A stretch of 36,173 bases of DNA from NCBI GenBank assembly GCA_041640655.1, contig JBEPZV010000026.1:1-36173 (forward strand), written 5' to 3'. This DNA comes from a bacterium (lineage in GTDB: Bacteria > Acidobacteriota > Blastocatellia > HR10). Below the pieces are notes generated by a model, which saw nothing but the letters and a program-made list of their open reading frames with translations, was not told where the DNA came from and searched no databases. The position numbers and the translations under genes were made by a program. This document shows, piece by piece, positions 18,316 through 29,836 of the stretch (position 1 is its first letter; each line of letters opens with the position of its first letter).

Positions 18316-19395
18316 ATGGGAGCTTCGGGATGGAGGGATGTGTATCAGCGCGTGAGGGCATGGGCGGAGGGGACGTCGTTTGTCCTGGGGATCTTCGGGG
18401 AAGCGATTCGGTCCTGGCGCGAGCTGCGGATGATCGTGAGGGGGTTGCTCTGGACGGATCATGTCGTGTTGGCGCATTTGATCGTGACGCGGCGCTGTAA
18501 TCTCTCCTGCGGCTATTGCAACGAGTACGATCGGGTTTCGGCGCCGGTGCCTGTGGATGTCTTGCGGCGGCGGGTGGACAAGCTGGCGGAGTTGGGGGCG
18601 AGCATTATCACGATCAGTGGGGGAGAGCCGCTCTTGCATCCGGAGTTGGAGGAAGTCATCCGGCACATTCGGCGGCGAGGGATCATCGCCGGGTTGATCA
18701 CGAACGGATATTTGCTCACGCGCGAGCGGATTCGGCGGTTGAATGAAGCGGGGTTGGAATATTTGCAGATCAGCATTGACAACGTGGAGCCGGACGAGGT
18801 GTCGAAGAAGAGCCTGAAGGTGCTTGATCAGAAGCTCGTGTGGTTGAAGGAGTTGGCGCGCTTCAAGGTGAACATCAACACGGTCCTGGGCAGCGGGGTG
18901 CGCAATCCCGAGGATGCGCTGGTGATCGCGCGGCGGGCGGTCGAGCTGGGATTCTCCTGTTCGGTGGGGGTGATTCACGACGAATGGGGGCGGCTGCGAC
19001 CGCTCTCGGAGCGCGAGCGGGAGATCTTCCTGGCCGTGCAGAAGCTCGGGAAGTGGAGCTACAGTCGGGTGAACCGATTCCAGCGGAACCTGGTCGAGGG
19101 CAAGCCCAACCGATGGCGCTGTCGAGCAGGCGCTCGGTATCTCTATGTCTGCGAGGATGGGTTGGTGCACTACTGCTCGCAGCAGCGGGGGTATCCGGGG
19201 GTGCCGCTGGAGACCTACACGCGGGAGGATATGCGGCGGGAGTATTTGACCGAGAAAGCCTGTGCGCCCTACTGCACGATCTCCTGCGTGCAGCAGGTGG
19301 CGGAGTTGGACAACTGGCGCGATCCGCAGACGCTGGGGGTCAAGGTCTGGCGGATGCCAGTCTCTTCGGTGTACGAGGTGCGGCGCGCCGAATGA
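18316..19395 (+). CDS. Radical SAM protein with C-terminal auxiliary Cys (SPASM/twitch-like) domain
   Basis: [24 protein letters not shown], and C-terminal CRAG...VHYC...CAPYCTISC. Start uncertain (18307 or 18316). Confidence 0.88.
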   Translation: MGASGWRDVYQRVRAWAEGTSFVLGIFGEAIRSWRELRMIVRGLLWTDHVVLAHLIVTRRCNLSCGYCNEYDRVSAPVPVDVLRRRVDKLAELGASIITISGGEPLLHPELEEVIRHIRRRGIIAGLITNGYLLTRERIRRLNEAGLEYLQISIDNVEPDEVSKKSLKVLDQKLVWLKELARFKVNINTVLGSGVRNPEDALVIARRAVELGFSCSVGVIHDEWGRLRPLSEREREIFLAVQKLGKWSYSRVNRFQRNLVEGKPNRWRCRAGARYLYVCEDGLVHYCSQQRGYPGVPLETYTREDMRREYLTEKACAPYCTISCVQQVAELDNWRDPQTLGVKVWRMPVSSVYEVRRAE

Positions 19396-19444
19396 GGGCG
19401 GCCGCCCCGGTTCGGGAGGTCTTCACGGAAGGAGGGGACGAGGT

Positions 19445-21514
<2,070 letters not shown>

Positions 21515-21518
21515 TGTC

Positions 21519-21556
21519 GAGGGGGGAGGGCTTCCCCCGAAGGGACCCTCCCTCAT
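21519..21556 (+). terminator. GC-rich hairpin after the radical SAM operon (possible terminator or REP-like element)
   Basis: GGGAGGG-CTTCCCCCGAAGGGA-CCCTCCC directly after the stop codon; no clear U-tract. Confidence 0.35.
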
Positions 21557-21895
21557 CTCAGGATTCGGGCAGCGAGTGGATCGTCCGATCCGACGAGTGG
21601 GCCACCTCTGAGGACCAGGCCGTCTCTTCTTCTGCCCCGCGTCGAGTCCCCGGCCACCTTGTCACCTCGGGATGGGGATGGACTTGTGGCGGCGCTCTCG
21701 GCGCACGCTCACTCTTCGATGGGACATCGAGAACATCGCCGATAACGTCTACGTCGTGGCTCGCCGGAGCCTTTTCACACCGGGGCAGTTCGCGCTCCCG
21801 CGTCAGGTATCGGCCTCGTTGAGGTTCTCATTTTGAGAACGGACTGGCGGCGCCTCGACGGGAGAGCCTACGGCTGGTTACCAAAAAGTGCCTAC

Positions 21896-21923
21896 TTGAC
21901 GCGTCTGCCGATGGGCTTACACT
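21896..21923 (+). promoter_or_regulatory. Putative sigma70 promoter of the heme-copper oxidoreductase operon
   Basis: TTGACG (21896-21901), 16 nt, TACACT (21918-21923); RBS GAGGAGGT follows. Confidence 0.5.
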
Positions 21924-21954
21924 GAAGGGCGGATGAGGTCGAGGAGGTGAGGTC

Positions 21955-22515
21955 ATGTCGCCAGTCGCCGTGTTTCGCCTCTTTTTGGGGCTTGCGATCG
22001 TCGTGGCGGTGGTCTTCTTGCTCGTGGCGCGGAGCACGCAGCGCGTCCGAGAGGTGGATTACAAGGCGGCGGGTCAGGCCCGAAAGGTCTTCTTCTTCAC
22101 GCTCACGGGCGTTCTGACGGCTTTTCTGGGGATCACGCTGCCGCGCATGCCCTATCCGAGAGAGGGCGTCATTCCCGATCGGGTCGTTCACGTCGTGGGG
22201 AAGCAGTTCGCCTTCGCGATCTCGGAGACGCCGATCGAGACGGACGCGCAATGGGAGGAAGTCACATCGTTCGCACCTCCGGTTCGGATCCCCGTCGGGA
22301 GTCTCGTGGAGTTCCGCGTGACGAGCTTCGATGTGAATCACGGGTTCAGCGTCTATTCCCCGCAGGGGCAGCTTCTGGCCCAGACGCAGGCGATGCCCGG
22401 ATACGTCAATCGCCTGCGCCTGCGGCTGAACGAACCGGGACGATATACCGTCCTCTGCCTGGAATTCTGCGGTTCGGCGCATCATCGGATGCGCGGGGTC
22501 TTCTTCGTGGAGTGA
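21955..22515 (+). CDS. Heme-copper oxidoreductase subunit II (CuA cupredoxin; cytochrome c oxidase subunit II family, NorS-like)
   Basis: Two N-terminal TM segments, DVNHGF, AMPGY and the CuA motif CLEFCGSAHHRM. Confidence 0.88.
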   Translation: MSPVAVFRLFLGLAIVVAVVFLLVARSTQRVREVDYKAAGQARKVFFFTLTGVLTAFLGITLPRMPYPREGVIPDRVVHVVGKQFAFAISETPIETDAQWEEVTSFAPPVRIPVGSLVEFRVTSFDVNHGFSVYSPQGQLLAQTQAMPGYVNRLRLRLNEPGRYTVLCLEFCGSAHHRMRGVFFVE

Positions 22516-22526
22516 AGGAGGGAGGT

Positions 22527-24008
22527 ATGGCGGACCAAGTCGTCGTGTCGCCGGTGTGGTCAGGTGTGGAGCAGCAGCGATGGCGTCGTCTGACGGCGAC
22601 GTGGATGCTCGCGATGTTGCTCTTGTTCCCCGTTCTCCTCTTGCTCGGAGCGTTCATGCGGATCGTGCAGGCCAACTGGCTGCCCACGCTGCTTCCGGAG
22701 TGGTTCTATGCCGTCATGACCTTGCACGGATTGGGGATGGTGGGGACGTGGTTCGTGGGGGCGATGGCCGCCGTGAGCTACGTCCTCACGCAATATGTCC
22801 GTCCCAGCCGGGCGATCTCCTGGGGGACGTTAGCGGCGACGGTACTGGGCGTTCTGCTGCTTCTGGTCACGACACTGGTCGGGCGATTCGGCGTCGGCTG
22901 GTACTTCCTGTATCCGCTCCCCTTCTATCCGGCGGGCGTGTGGCCTAACTGGGCGACGTGGATGTTCCTCTTCTCCCTGGCGATCCTGGGCGTGGGCTGG
23001 ACGGTGTGGGCCGTGGACCTGTTGCGGGCGATCGCCCGCTCGTATTCGCTGCGGGTGGCCCTGGCGTGGCACTATATCCGTGGGAGGACGGAGCCGGAGG
23101 TTCCTCCTGCTGTCCTGATCACCACCGTCAGCCTCATCTCGGCCCTCGCGGGTTTCCTCGCCGCCGTGATCATTCTCGTGCTCTCGGTGCTGGAGTGGGC
23201 GGGGACGGGGTTCACCAACGACGCGCTGCTCATGAAGAACCTGATCTTCTTCTTCGGGCACGTCCTGGTGAACATCACGATGTATCTGGGCGTGGTTCTG
23301 GTCTACGATGTCCTCCCTCGGTACAGTGCGCGTCCATGGAAGACCAATCGCATGGTCGCCATCGCCTGGAACACGGTGCTCTTCTTGGTCCTGTTCGCCT
23401 ATTTCCACCATCTCTACATGGACTTCGTGCAGCCGCAGTGGGTACAGGTCTTGGGGCAGGTGGCGTCCTACTTCATCTCCGTCCCGGCGGCCGTTGTGAC
23501 CATCTTCAGCGCGCTCGTGCTCGTCTACGGGGCGTCCATGCGGTGGACGCTCAGTTCGATCTTGATGTATCTGGGCGTCATGGGGTGGGCGATCGGTGGG
23601 GTCGCGGCCGTCATTGACTCGACCATCGCCGTGAATCTGCGATTCCATAACACGCTCTGGGTACCGGCGCATTTCCACACGTATTACCTGATGGGCGTTG
23701 TCCTCATGCTCTTGGGGTTTGCGGCTCATTTCGGGCAGGAGGTGAGCCAGCAGTCCGAGAACGGTCGGCTCACGAAGATCATTACGGCGCTCTTTGTCAT
23801 CGGGGGGTATGGCTTTCTCCTGATGTTCTATCTCGGCGGCGCTCATTCGGTCCCTCGGCGCTATGCCGTGTATCCGCAGGAGGTCTTGCAGGGAGTTGAC
23901 TACGCTCGGATCGCTCTGGGGTTCATCGCCCTCCTCTTTCTCGGCGTGGTGCTCTATCTCTGGGAGACGGGCCGGCGATGTCTCTTGGCCTTTCGCACAT
24001 CGCCGTGA
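22527..24008 (+). CDS. Heme-copper oxidoreductase subunit I (COX1 family), sNOR/NorY-like putative nitric oxide reductase
   Basis: About 12 TMs. Six His ligands are present: MTLHG, FFGHVLVN, FHHLYMD, AHFH. The helix-VI His+4 position is Asn rather than Tyr. RBS GGAGGGAGGT. Confidence 0.85.
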   Translation: MADQVVVSPVWSGVEQQRWRRLTATWMLAMLLLFPVLLLLGAFMRIVQANWLPTLLPEWFYAVMTLHGLGMVGTWFVGAMAAVSYVLTQYVRPSRAISWGTLAATVLGVLLLLVTTLVGRFGVGWYFLYPLPFYPAGVWPNWATWMFLFSLAILGVGWTVWAVDLLRAIARSYSLRVALAWHYIRGRTEPEVPPAVLITTVSLISALAGFLAAVIILVLSVLEWAGTGFTNDALLMKNLIFFFGHVLVNITMYLGVVLVYDVLPRYSARPWKTNRMVAIAWNTVLFLVLFAYFHHLYMDFVQPQWVQVLGQVASYFISVPAAVVTIFSALVLVYGASMRWTLSSILMYLGVMGWAIGGVAAVIDSTIAVNLRFHNTLWVPAHFHTYYLMGVVLMLLGFAAHFGQEVSQQSENGRLTKIITALFVIGGYGFLLMFYLGGAHSVPRRYAVYPQEVLQGVDYARIALGFIALLFLGVVLYLWETGRRCLLAFRTSP

Positions 24009-24847
24009 AGCGTGCACTCGTCCGAGCGCTTGGGATCCTGGTGGGGGTGCTCATTCTGCCCTCTCCCCTGTGGGCTCAGGTCGTGGGGGAGAAGACTGAT
24101 CGCCCGCCATCGGAGGGGCGGTACCTCTACCGATCCGTCCCTGATATTCCGATCCGGTCTGAACCTGTGGGGATGACATTGCTCTCGGCGTTGTGGCGGG
24201 AACGGCCGCTCCTTCTGACGCTCGTCTTCACGCGATGTGCGGGGGTGTGTTCGCCTATGCTTCGCTCGCTCAAAGCCGCGGCCGCTTCCGTGGGAGGGGC
24301 CGGACGGGACTACAGAATCCTTGTGTTGAGCTTCGATCCACGGGATACGCTCTCGGATATGGCCGAGCTTGCGGACCATGTGGGCGTTGCGGGAGATCCG
24401 GCCTGGATCTTCGGCGTCGCCTCGGCCGAAGACATCGCCCGGATCGTTCGGGCGACGGGATTTTGGTTCGAGTGGGAGGCGGCTTCGCGCCAGTACGATC
24501 ATCCGGCCATGATCATCGGCATTCGCGAGGGGCGCATCATGCGGTTTCTCATCGGGGGAGCGATCGCTCCGGTTCGCTTGAACGAGGTGATCCGGGAATT
24601 GCGGGGGGAATTCGTCCCCGCCTATCCCCTCCCGCGCAAGGTCCTCTTTCGGTGCTTCCAGTATGATCCGGCCAGTGGGCGATGGGCTCCGGATTGGGGG
24701 CTTCTGCTCCTGCTGCTGCCGGGGATGGTGACGATTCTGGGCACCATTTGGCTCTTCCGGCGGGAGAGCGCGCATCGGCTCTCGGCGGAGGCCTTGAGAT
24801 CACGCGAAGACGTCCCCGGCGCGAGCGATCCGGGATCTCGGCGTTAG
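24005..24847 (+). CDS. SCO1/SenC-family copper chaperone
   Basis: FTRCAGVC (CxxxC), SFDPRDT and YDHP; signal peptide and C-terminal TM. GTGA overlap with subunit I. Confidence 0.88.
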   Translation: MKRALVRALGILVGVLILPSPLWAQVVGEKTDRPPSEGRYLYRSVPDIPIRSEPVGMTLLSALWRERPLLLTLVFTRCAGVCSPMLRSLKAAAASVGGAGRDYRILVLSFDPRDTLSDMAELADHVGVAGDPAWIFGVASAEDIARIVRATGFWFEWEAASRQYDHPAMIIGIREGRIMRFLIGGAIAPVRLNEVIRELRGEFVPAYPLPRKVLFRCFQYDPASGRWAPDWGLLLLLLPGMVTILGTIWLFRRESAHRLSAEALRSREDVPGASDPGSRR

Positions 24848-24861
24848 AACTTCGCTCGGCT

Positions 24862-25344
24862 TCATCTGGCCTTCATCAGCTCGGCGAGATCGCGCAGCAC
24901 CTCTTCGGCGTGTATCTCCGGCTTCACTTTCTCGTAGACCTTCGCGACGCGTCCCTCCGGGTTGATGAGGAACGAGATGCGATGGGTGCCCATCGTCGTG
25001 CGCCCCATGAAGATCTTCTTCCCCCAGACGCCGTAGGCGCGAACGACCTCCTTCCCTTCATCGGCCAGGAGCGGGAAGGGGAGTTGATGCTTCTCGGCGA
25101 ACTTCTGATGGCTGCGTACGGAATCGGTGCTGACGCCGAGGACGACGACTCCCCGCCGCTTGAACGTCGGGAAGAGATCGCGAAAGGCGCAGGCCTCTTT
25201 GGTGCACCCCGGTGTGTGGTCTCTCGGATAGAAATAGAGGACGACCCATCGCCCGCGAAAGTCCGAGAGCCGATGCGGGCGCCCCTGTTGATCCGGTAGG
25301 GTGAAATCCGGAGCGAGATCGCCGATGTTCACCTTCGTCGCCAT
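24862..25344 (-). CDS. bcp: Thioredoxin-dependent peroxiredoxin BCP/PrxQ
   Basis: APDFTLPDQ, YFYPRDHTPGCTKEACAFRD and GVSTD. Confidence 0.95.
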   Translation of the reverse strand: MATKVNIGDLAPDFTLPDQQGRPHRLSDFRGRWVVLYFYPRDHTPGCTKEACAFRDLFPTFKRRGVVVLGVSTDSVRSHQKFAEKHQLPFPLLADEGKEVVRAYGVWGKKIFMGRTTMGTHRISFLINPEGRVAKVYEKVKPEIHAEEVLRDLAELMKAR

Positions 25345-25468
25345 AGGGAGATCATCTTAGCCATCGGCGACCCCTCTGTCGAGGGGAAGATCTCGCCGGT
25401 CGCGCGTTCTTTCCGGGCGGGGATGTGGTATATTTGAGGCGATCGAGGGTTCGCGAGGAGCGAGCGCG

Positions 25469-25663
25469 ATGGCCGAATTGAAGGCAGAGTTAGAGCGGCT
25501 TCGAGAACTCTTGCATCCGATACTCGCCCAGATCGAGGCGGGGATTGCGGCGGGGACGTATCCCGACTGGAGCGTCGTGAAGGAGCATCTGCTTCAGGCG
25601 CTCGAGTTGGTGCGAAAACTGGAGCGGGATCAGCTCTGGAGCGCCTTGGGGAGACAGCCATGA
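25469..25663 (+). CDS. Small hypothetical alpha-helical protein (64 aa)
   Basis: AGGAG RBS, upstream extended -10 TG-G-TATATT (25426-25434), host-like codon usage, amphipathic helices. Confidence 0.65.
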   Translation: MAELKAELERLRELLHPILAQIEAGIAAGTYPDWSVVKEHLLQALELVRKLERDQLWSALGRQP

Positions 25664-25722
25664 CGCCATCGGCCGCCCGTTCGAGGAGGATCGTCGGTGG
25701 GATGTGCCGGAGGGGATGAACG

Positions 25723-26178
25723 ATGAGCCTGCAAGAGCGCATTGAACGGGATTTCGTCGCGGCTCTGAAGGCGCGCGAGGAGCTGCGCGTGAGCACGCTC
25801 CGCATGGTGAAGACGGCGCTCACGCATCGGCAGGTCGCCGAGATGCGCGCGCTCACCGATGCGGATGTGATCGAGGTCGTCAGGAGCTTGATCAAGCAGC
25901 GGCGGGAGGCGATCGAGCAATATCGCCGGGGCGGGCGTCCGGATCTCGCGGAGAAGGAGGCGCGGGAGATCGAGATCCTGGAGGGGTATCTCCCCGCTCC
26001 GCTGAGCGATGCCGAGATCGAGCGCGTGGTCGTGGAGACGATCGCCGAGCTGGGGGCGAAGACGCTGAAAGATGTGGGGCCGGTCATGAAGGCGGTGATG
26101 GCGAAGCTGGCCGGGCAGTGGGTCGAAGGGCGGCGGGTCAATGAGATCGTGCGCGCGAAGCTCTCTTCGGAGGGATGA
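25723..26178 (+). CDS. yqeY: GatB/YqeY domain-containing protein
   Basis: ALKAREELRVSTLRM, KQRREAIEQY..GGRPDLAEKEAREIEIL..YLP and KDVGPVMK. Confidence 0.92.
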   Translation: MSLQERIERDFVAALKAREELRVSTLRMVKTALTHRQVAEMRALTDADVIEVVRSLIKQRREAIEQYRRGGRPDLAEKEAREIEILEGYLPAPLSDAEIERVVVETIAELGAKTLKDVGPVMKAVMAKLAGQWVEGRRVNEIVRAKLSSEG

Positions 26179-26190
26179 GGCGACGTCTCT

Positions 26191-26733
26191 TCAGGAGCGC
26201 AGGTAGCCCAGCTCGATCAATCGGGCGATGACGCGATGGGCGCTCTCTTCGGGTGTCTCCTCGTGGCTGTGGAGGACGAGCTCCGGCGCCGAGGGCTCCT
26301 CGTAGGGGTCCGAGATGCCGGTGAAATTCGCGATCTCCCCGCGCAGGGCCTTCTTGTAGAGCCCTTTCACATCGCGCGCGATGCAGACCTCCAGGGGGCA
26401 CTTCACGTAGACCTCCACGAAGCGGCCGATCAACTGGCGGGCGTACTGCCGCGTCTCGCGATAGGGGGAGATGGCGGCGACGATGGCGATGACACCGTTG
26501 CGCACGAGCAGCTGGGCCACATAGGCGATGCGCCGGATGTGAACATCTCGCTCCTCCTTGCTGAATCCGAGCTGCGGGCTGAGCTGCTGTCGGACTTCAT
26601 CGCCGTCGAGCACTTCGACCCTCAGGCCGCGCGCGCGCAGGTGAGCTTCCAGGAGGCGGGCGATCGTCGTCTTGCCGGAACTGGGCAAGCCCGTGAACCA
26701 GAGCGCGAAGCCGATCTCGCGAGAATCGGTCAT
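26191..26733 (-). CDS. cysC: Adenylyl-sulfate kinase
   Basis: [34 protein letters not shown] and [15 protein letters not shown] overlap with sat. Confidence 0.96.
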   Translation of the reverse strand: MTDSREIGFALWFTGLPSSGKTTIARLLEAHLRARGLRVEVLDGDEVRQQLSPQLGFSKEERDVHIRRIAYVAQLLVRNGVIAIVAAISPYRETRQYARQLIGRFVEVYVKCPLEVCIARDVKGLYKKALRGEIANFTGISDPYEEPSAPELVLHSHEETPEESAHRVIARLIELGYLRS

Positions 26734-27893
26734 CCCCATCCTCCTTCGCGAAAGGCTTGGGCGAGGACTTCCGCGACTTCCGGACGCGTGAATTCTGGAG
26801 GGAGTGGCTCCCCCGCCCGCAATCGCCGTCGGACCTCAGTCCCCGAGAGGGTGAGACGGTCGCTCCCGCCATGCGGACACGTCTTGGCCGAAGCCATCCC
26901 CCCACATCGTCGGCAATAGAACGCGTTGTCGAAGAAGAGAGGGGTGATCCCCAGCTCGTGGGGATCGAACTCCTCGAAGATGCGGTGCGCGTCGAAGCTC
27001 CCGTAGTATTTTCCGACGCCCGCATGGTCGCGGCCGACGATGAAGTGCGTGCACCCGTAATTCTTCCGCACGATGGCGTGGAAGACGGCTTCGCGCGGTC
27101 CGGCGTAGCGCATCGCCGCCGGATAGACGCCGAGCACCACGCGCTCCAGGGGGTAGTAATGTCGGAGCAGGACCTCATAGCAGCGCATCCGCACCGGGGT
27201 GGGGATGTCGTCGCTCTTGGTCTCGCCCACGAGCGGGTGCAGGAAGAGTCCGTCCACGATCTCCAGCGCGCACTTCTGGATGTACTCATGCGCGCGGTGA
27301 ATAGGGTTGCGCGTTTGAAACCCCACGATCGTGCGCCAGCCGCGTTGCTGGAAGACGCGCCGCGCATCGGCCGGATTCAGCCAGTATGGCTCGTATTCCG
27401 GACGCTGCGGGCGATAGAACAGACGGATCTTCCCCGCGAGATACACGTCTCCGGTCTCGTACAGCCGTCGCACGCCCGGATGAGCCGCATCCGTCGTAGC
27501 GAAGACCAGACGCGCTTCGCGCTTTTTGTCCACGCGATACTTCTGCTCCAGATCGAGCAGACCGAGCACGCGGCCGCGCTGATCCGTGAGCACAAGGGGC
27601 TCCCCCTGGCCGAGCTTCTCCGCCTCCGTCGGCATCACGGCGAGGGTGATCGGGATCGTCCACGGCAGGCCATTGGCCAAGCGCTTGCGCTCGAGCACGG
27701 ATTCATAATCGTCCTTCCCCATGAAGCCTTCAAGGGGACTGTAGGCGCCCACAGCGATCAGCTCCACGTCTGCGATCGTCCACGCATCCAGAACAATACG
27801 GGGCAGGGTCTTGATCCAGTGCTCTTCGGGCGCTCGCTCATCTTGAATTCGGTTCACGAGCCGTCCACCATGAGGAGGAATGCCGACCTCCAT
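26730..27893 (-). CDS. sat: Sulfate adenylyltransferase (Sat type)
   Basis: [51 protein letters not shown] and Zn motif CRRC...CPH. RBS AAGGAGG. Confidence 0.96.
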   Translation of the reverse strand: MEVGIPPHGGRLVNRIQDERAPEEHWIKTLPRIVLDAWTIADVELIAVGAYSPLEGFMGKDDYESVLERKRLANGLPWTIPITLAVMPTEAEKLGQGEPLVLTDQRGRVLGLLDLEQKYRVDKKREARLVFATTDAAHPGVRRLYETGDVYLAGKIRLFYRPQRPEYEPYWLNPADARRVFQQRGWRTIVGFQTRNPIHRAHEYIQKCALEIVDGLFLHPLVGETKSDDIPTPVRMRCYEVLLRHYYPLERVVLGVYPAAMRYAGPREAVFHAIVRKNYGCTHFIVGRDHAGVGKYYGSFDAHRIFEEFDPHELGITPLFFDNAFYCRRCGGMASAKTCPHGGSDRLTLSGTEVRRRLRAGEPLPPEFTRPEVAEVLAQAFREGGWG

Positions 27894-27933
27894 CGTTCTC
27901 CTCCTTCGCCGTGCGATTTCGCACAAGCAGGCG

Positions 27934-27962
27934 ATTATATTCTCCTTGGCGCGATTTGCCAA
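27934..27962 (-). promoter_or_regulatory. Putative sigma70 promoter of sat-cysC
   Basis: Minus strand TTGGCA (27962-27957), 17 nt, TATAAT (27939-27934). Confidence 0.55.
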
Positions 27963-27998
27963 TGGTGCGCATTCGGTGAGCCTTCCGCTCGCCGCGCG

Positions 27999-28027
27999 TT
28001 GACAAACAGGGGCGTCTGTGTTACAAA
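27999..28027 (+). promoter_or_regulatory. Putative sigma70 promoter of the nuoC operon
   Basis: TTGACA (27999-28004), 17 nt, TACAAA with an upstream TG. Confidence 0.45.
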
Positions 28028-28074
28028 GTCGTGCTGTTTGAGAGGGTTCACCACACGCGAGCGCCAGGCGCCGT

Positions 28075-28683
28075 ATGGAGGAGAAGAAGGACAAGCCAAC
28101 GCCCAAGGGGGCTTCTGCGACGAAAGCGCCTCCGACGCTTCCGATCGTTGAGCTGAAGGATGATCCGATTCTCAACCGCTTACGGGCTCGATTCCCGACG
28201 GCCGTTCTCGAGGCCGTGGAGATCCTCGGTCTGCCCACGCTCACGATCGCGCGGGAGCAGATCGTGGACGTCTGTCGCTTCCTTCGGGATGATGAGGAGG
28301 CGCTGTTCGACTTTCTGACGGATCTGACGGCGCGGCACATCCCCGAGGCGGAGAAGCCCTTTCAGGTGATCTATCATCTCTATTCTTTCCCCCGGAACGT
28401 GCGCTGGCGGCTGAAGGTGAATCTGGCCGAGGGGGAGGCGTGTCCGAGCGTGGTCTCGGTCTGGAGCGCCGCCAACTGGATGGAGCGAGAGGCGTATGAT
28501 CTGGTCGGCGTGCGCTTCGAGGGGCATCCCGATCTGCGGCGGCTGCTCCTGCCGGAGGACTGGGAGGGGCATCCCCTGCGCAAGGATTATCCGTTGGAAT
28601 TCCGATACAACCGCTGGTGCGAGAAGCACCTGAATATGATCGCCTTCCGCGAAGGGACCGAATACAGCGGGAGATTTGAATAA
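28075..28683 (+). CDS. nuoC: NADH-quinone oxidoreductase subunit C
   Basis: [41 protein letters not shown]. Confidence 0.95.
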   Translation: MEEKKDKPTPKGASATKAPPTLPIVELKDDPILNRLRARFPTAVLEAVEILGLPTLTIAREQIVDVCRFLRDDEEALFDFLTDLTARHIPEAEKPFQVIYHLYSFPRNVRWRLKVNLAEGEACPSVVSVWSAANWMEREAYDLVGVRFEGHPDLRRLLLPEDWEGHPLRKDYPLEFRYNRWCEKHLNMIAFREGTEYSGRFE

Positions 28684-29825
28684 TGCACAAGCCGGAGATC
28701 GCCATCACCCGGGAACGCCTGCTCGCCGCGCGCGAGATGGTCCTCAACATGGGACCGCAACATCCCTCGACGCACGGCGTGCTGCGCGTGATCCTGAAGC
28801 TCGATGGAGAGACGGTCATTGATCTGGATTGCGACATCGGGTATCTCCATCGCGGTGTGGAGAAGATCTGCGAGAACCGCACCTATGTGCACATCGAGCC
28901 GTACTTCGATCGGCTCGATTACGTCGCGGCCGTCTCCAATGATCTCTGCTATGTGGAGACGGTGGAGAAGATCGCGGGGATCGAGGTCCCGGAGAAGGCG
29001 AAGTACATCCGTGTGATCCTGACCGAGCTGCAGCGGATCGCGAGTCATTTGCTGTGGCTCGGCACGCATGCGATGGACATCGGGGCGGTCACGATCTTCC
29101 TCTACGCGTTTCGAGAGCGCGAGGAGATCCTGAAGATCTTCGAGAACTACTTCGGCGCGCGCTTGACGGCGAACGCGTTCCGCATCGGCGGTCTGCAGTA
29201 CGACATCTACGATGGCTTCGAGGAGCAAGTGCGAGCTTTCTGTCGCATCTTCCCGGAGCGGCTCAAGGAGTACGAGACCATCCTCAATGAGAACCGCATC
29301 TGGTTGCAACGCACGGTGGGCATTGGCATCCTCACGGCCGAGGAGGCGAAGGACCTGGGCGTCACCGGACCTGTGTTGCGCGCCTCCGGGGTCAAGTGGG
29401 ACATCCGCAAGGCCTTCCCCTATGAGGTCTACGATCAGGTCGAGTTCGATATCCCGGTCGGCGAGAATGGGGACACGTACGATCGCTATCTCGTGCGCAT
29501 GGAGGAGATGCGCCAGAGCCGCTTGATCATCCTCCAGTGCTTGGACAGGCTGAAGAAGCTCCATCCGGGGCCGGTCTTGGGCAAGGTGCCGAAAGTCATT
29601 CGCCCGCCGGTCGGCGAGGTCTATCATTCCATCGAGTCGCCGAAGGGGGAGCTGGGCATTTACCTGGTGAGCAACGGGACGGCCTTTCCGGAGCGACTGC
29701 GCATTCGCCCGCCGTCGCTCATCAATCTGCAAGCGCTCAAGAAGATGGCCATCGGGCATCTGGTGGCCGATGTCGTCGCCTTGATCGGCTCGATTGACAT
29801 CGTGTTGGGGGAGGTGGATCGGTAA
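28683..29825 (+). CDS. nuoD: NADH-quinone oxidoreductase subunit D
   Basis: [36 protein letters not shown] and [11 protein letters not shown]. Confidence 0.96.
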   Translation: MHKPEIAITRERLLAAREMVLNMGPQHPSTHGVLRVILKLDGETVIDLDCDIGYLHRGVEKICENRTYVHIEPYFDRLDYVAAVSNDLCYVETVEKIAGIEVPEKAKYIRVILTELQRIASHLLWLGTHAMDIGAVTIFLYAFREREEILKIFENYFGARLTANAFRIGGLQYDIYDGFEEQVRAFCRIFPERLKEYETILNENRIWLQRTVGIGILTAEEAKDLGVTGPVLRASGVKWDIRKAFPYEVYDQVEFDIPVGENGDTYDRYLVRMEEMRQSRLIILQCLDRLKKLHPGPVLGKVPKVIRPPVGEVYHSIESPKGELGIYLVSNGTAFPERLRIRPPSLINLQALKKMAIGHLVADVVALIGSIDIVLGEVDR

Positions 29826-29836
29826 GGAGGGGGGGC

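Noticed and set aside
21515..21950. Riboswitch, ncRNA, or the 103-aa ORF 21511-21822
   Set aside because: No aptamer consensus that I can recognise; the ORF is low-complexity and runs through the hairpin. An Rfam search would settle it.
22527..24008. aa3- or cbb3-type cytochrome c oxidase
   Set aside because: No HPxVY Tyr, no subunit III, no CcoO/CcoP c-type cytochromes; the partner is a CuA subunit.
27894..28340. 149-aa N-terminal extension of Sat
   Set aside because: It overlaps nuoC antisense and both promoters; the RBS and homology start at 27893.
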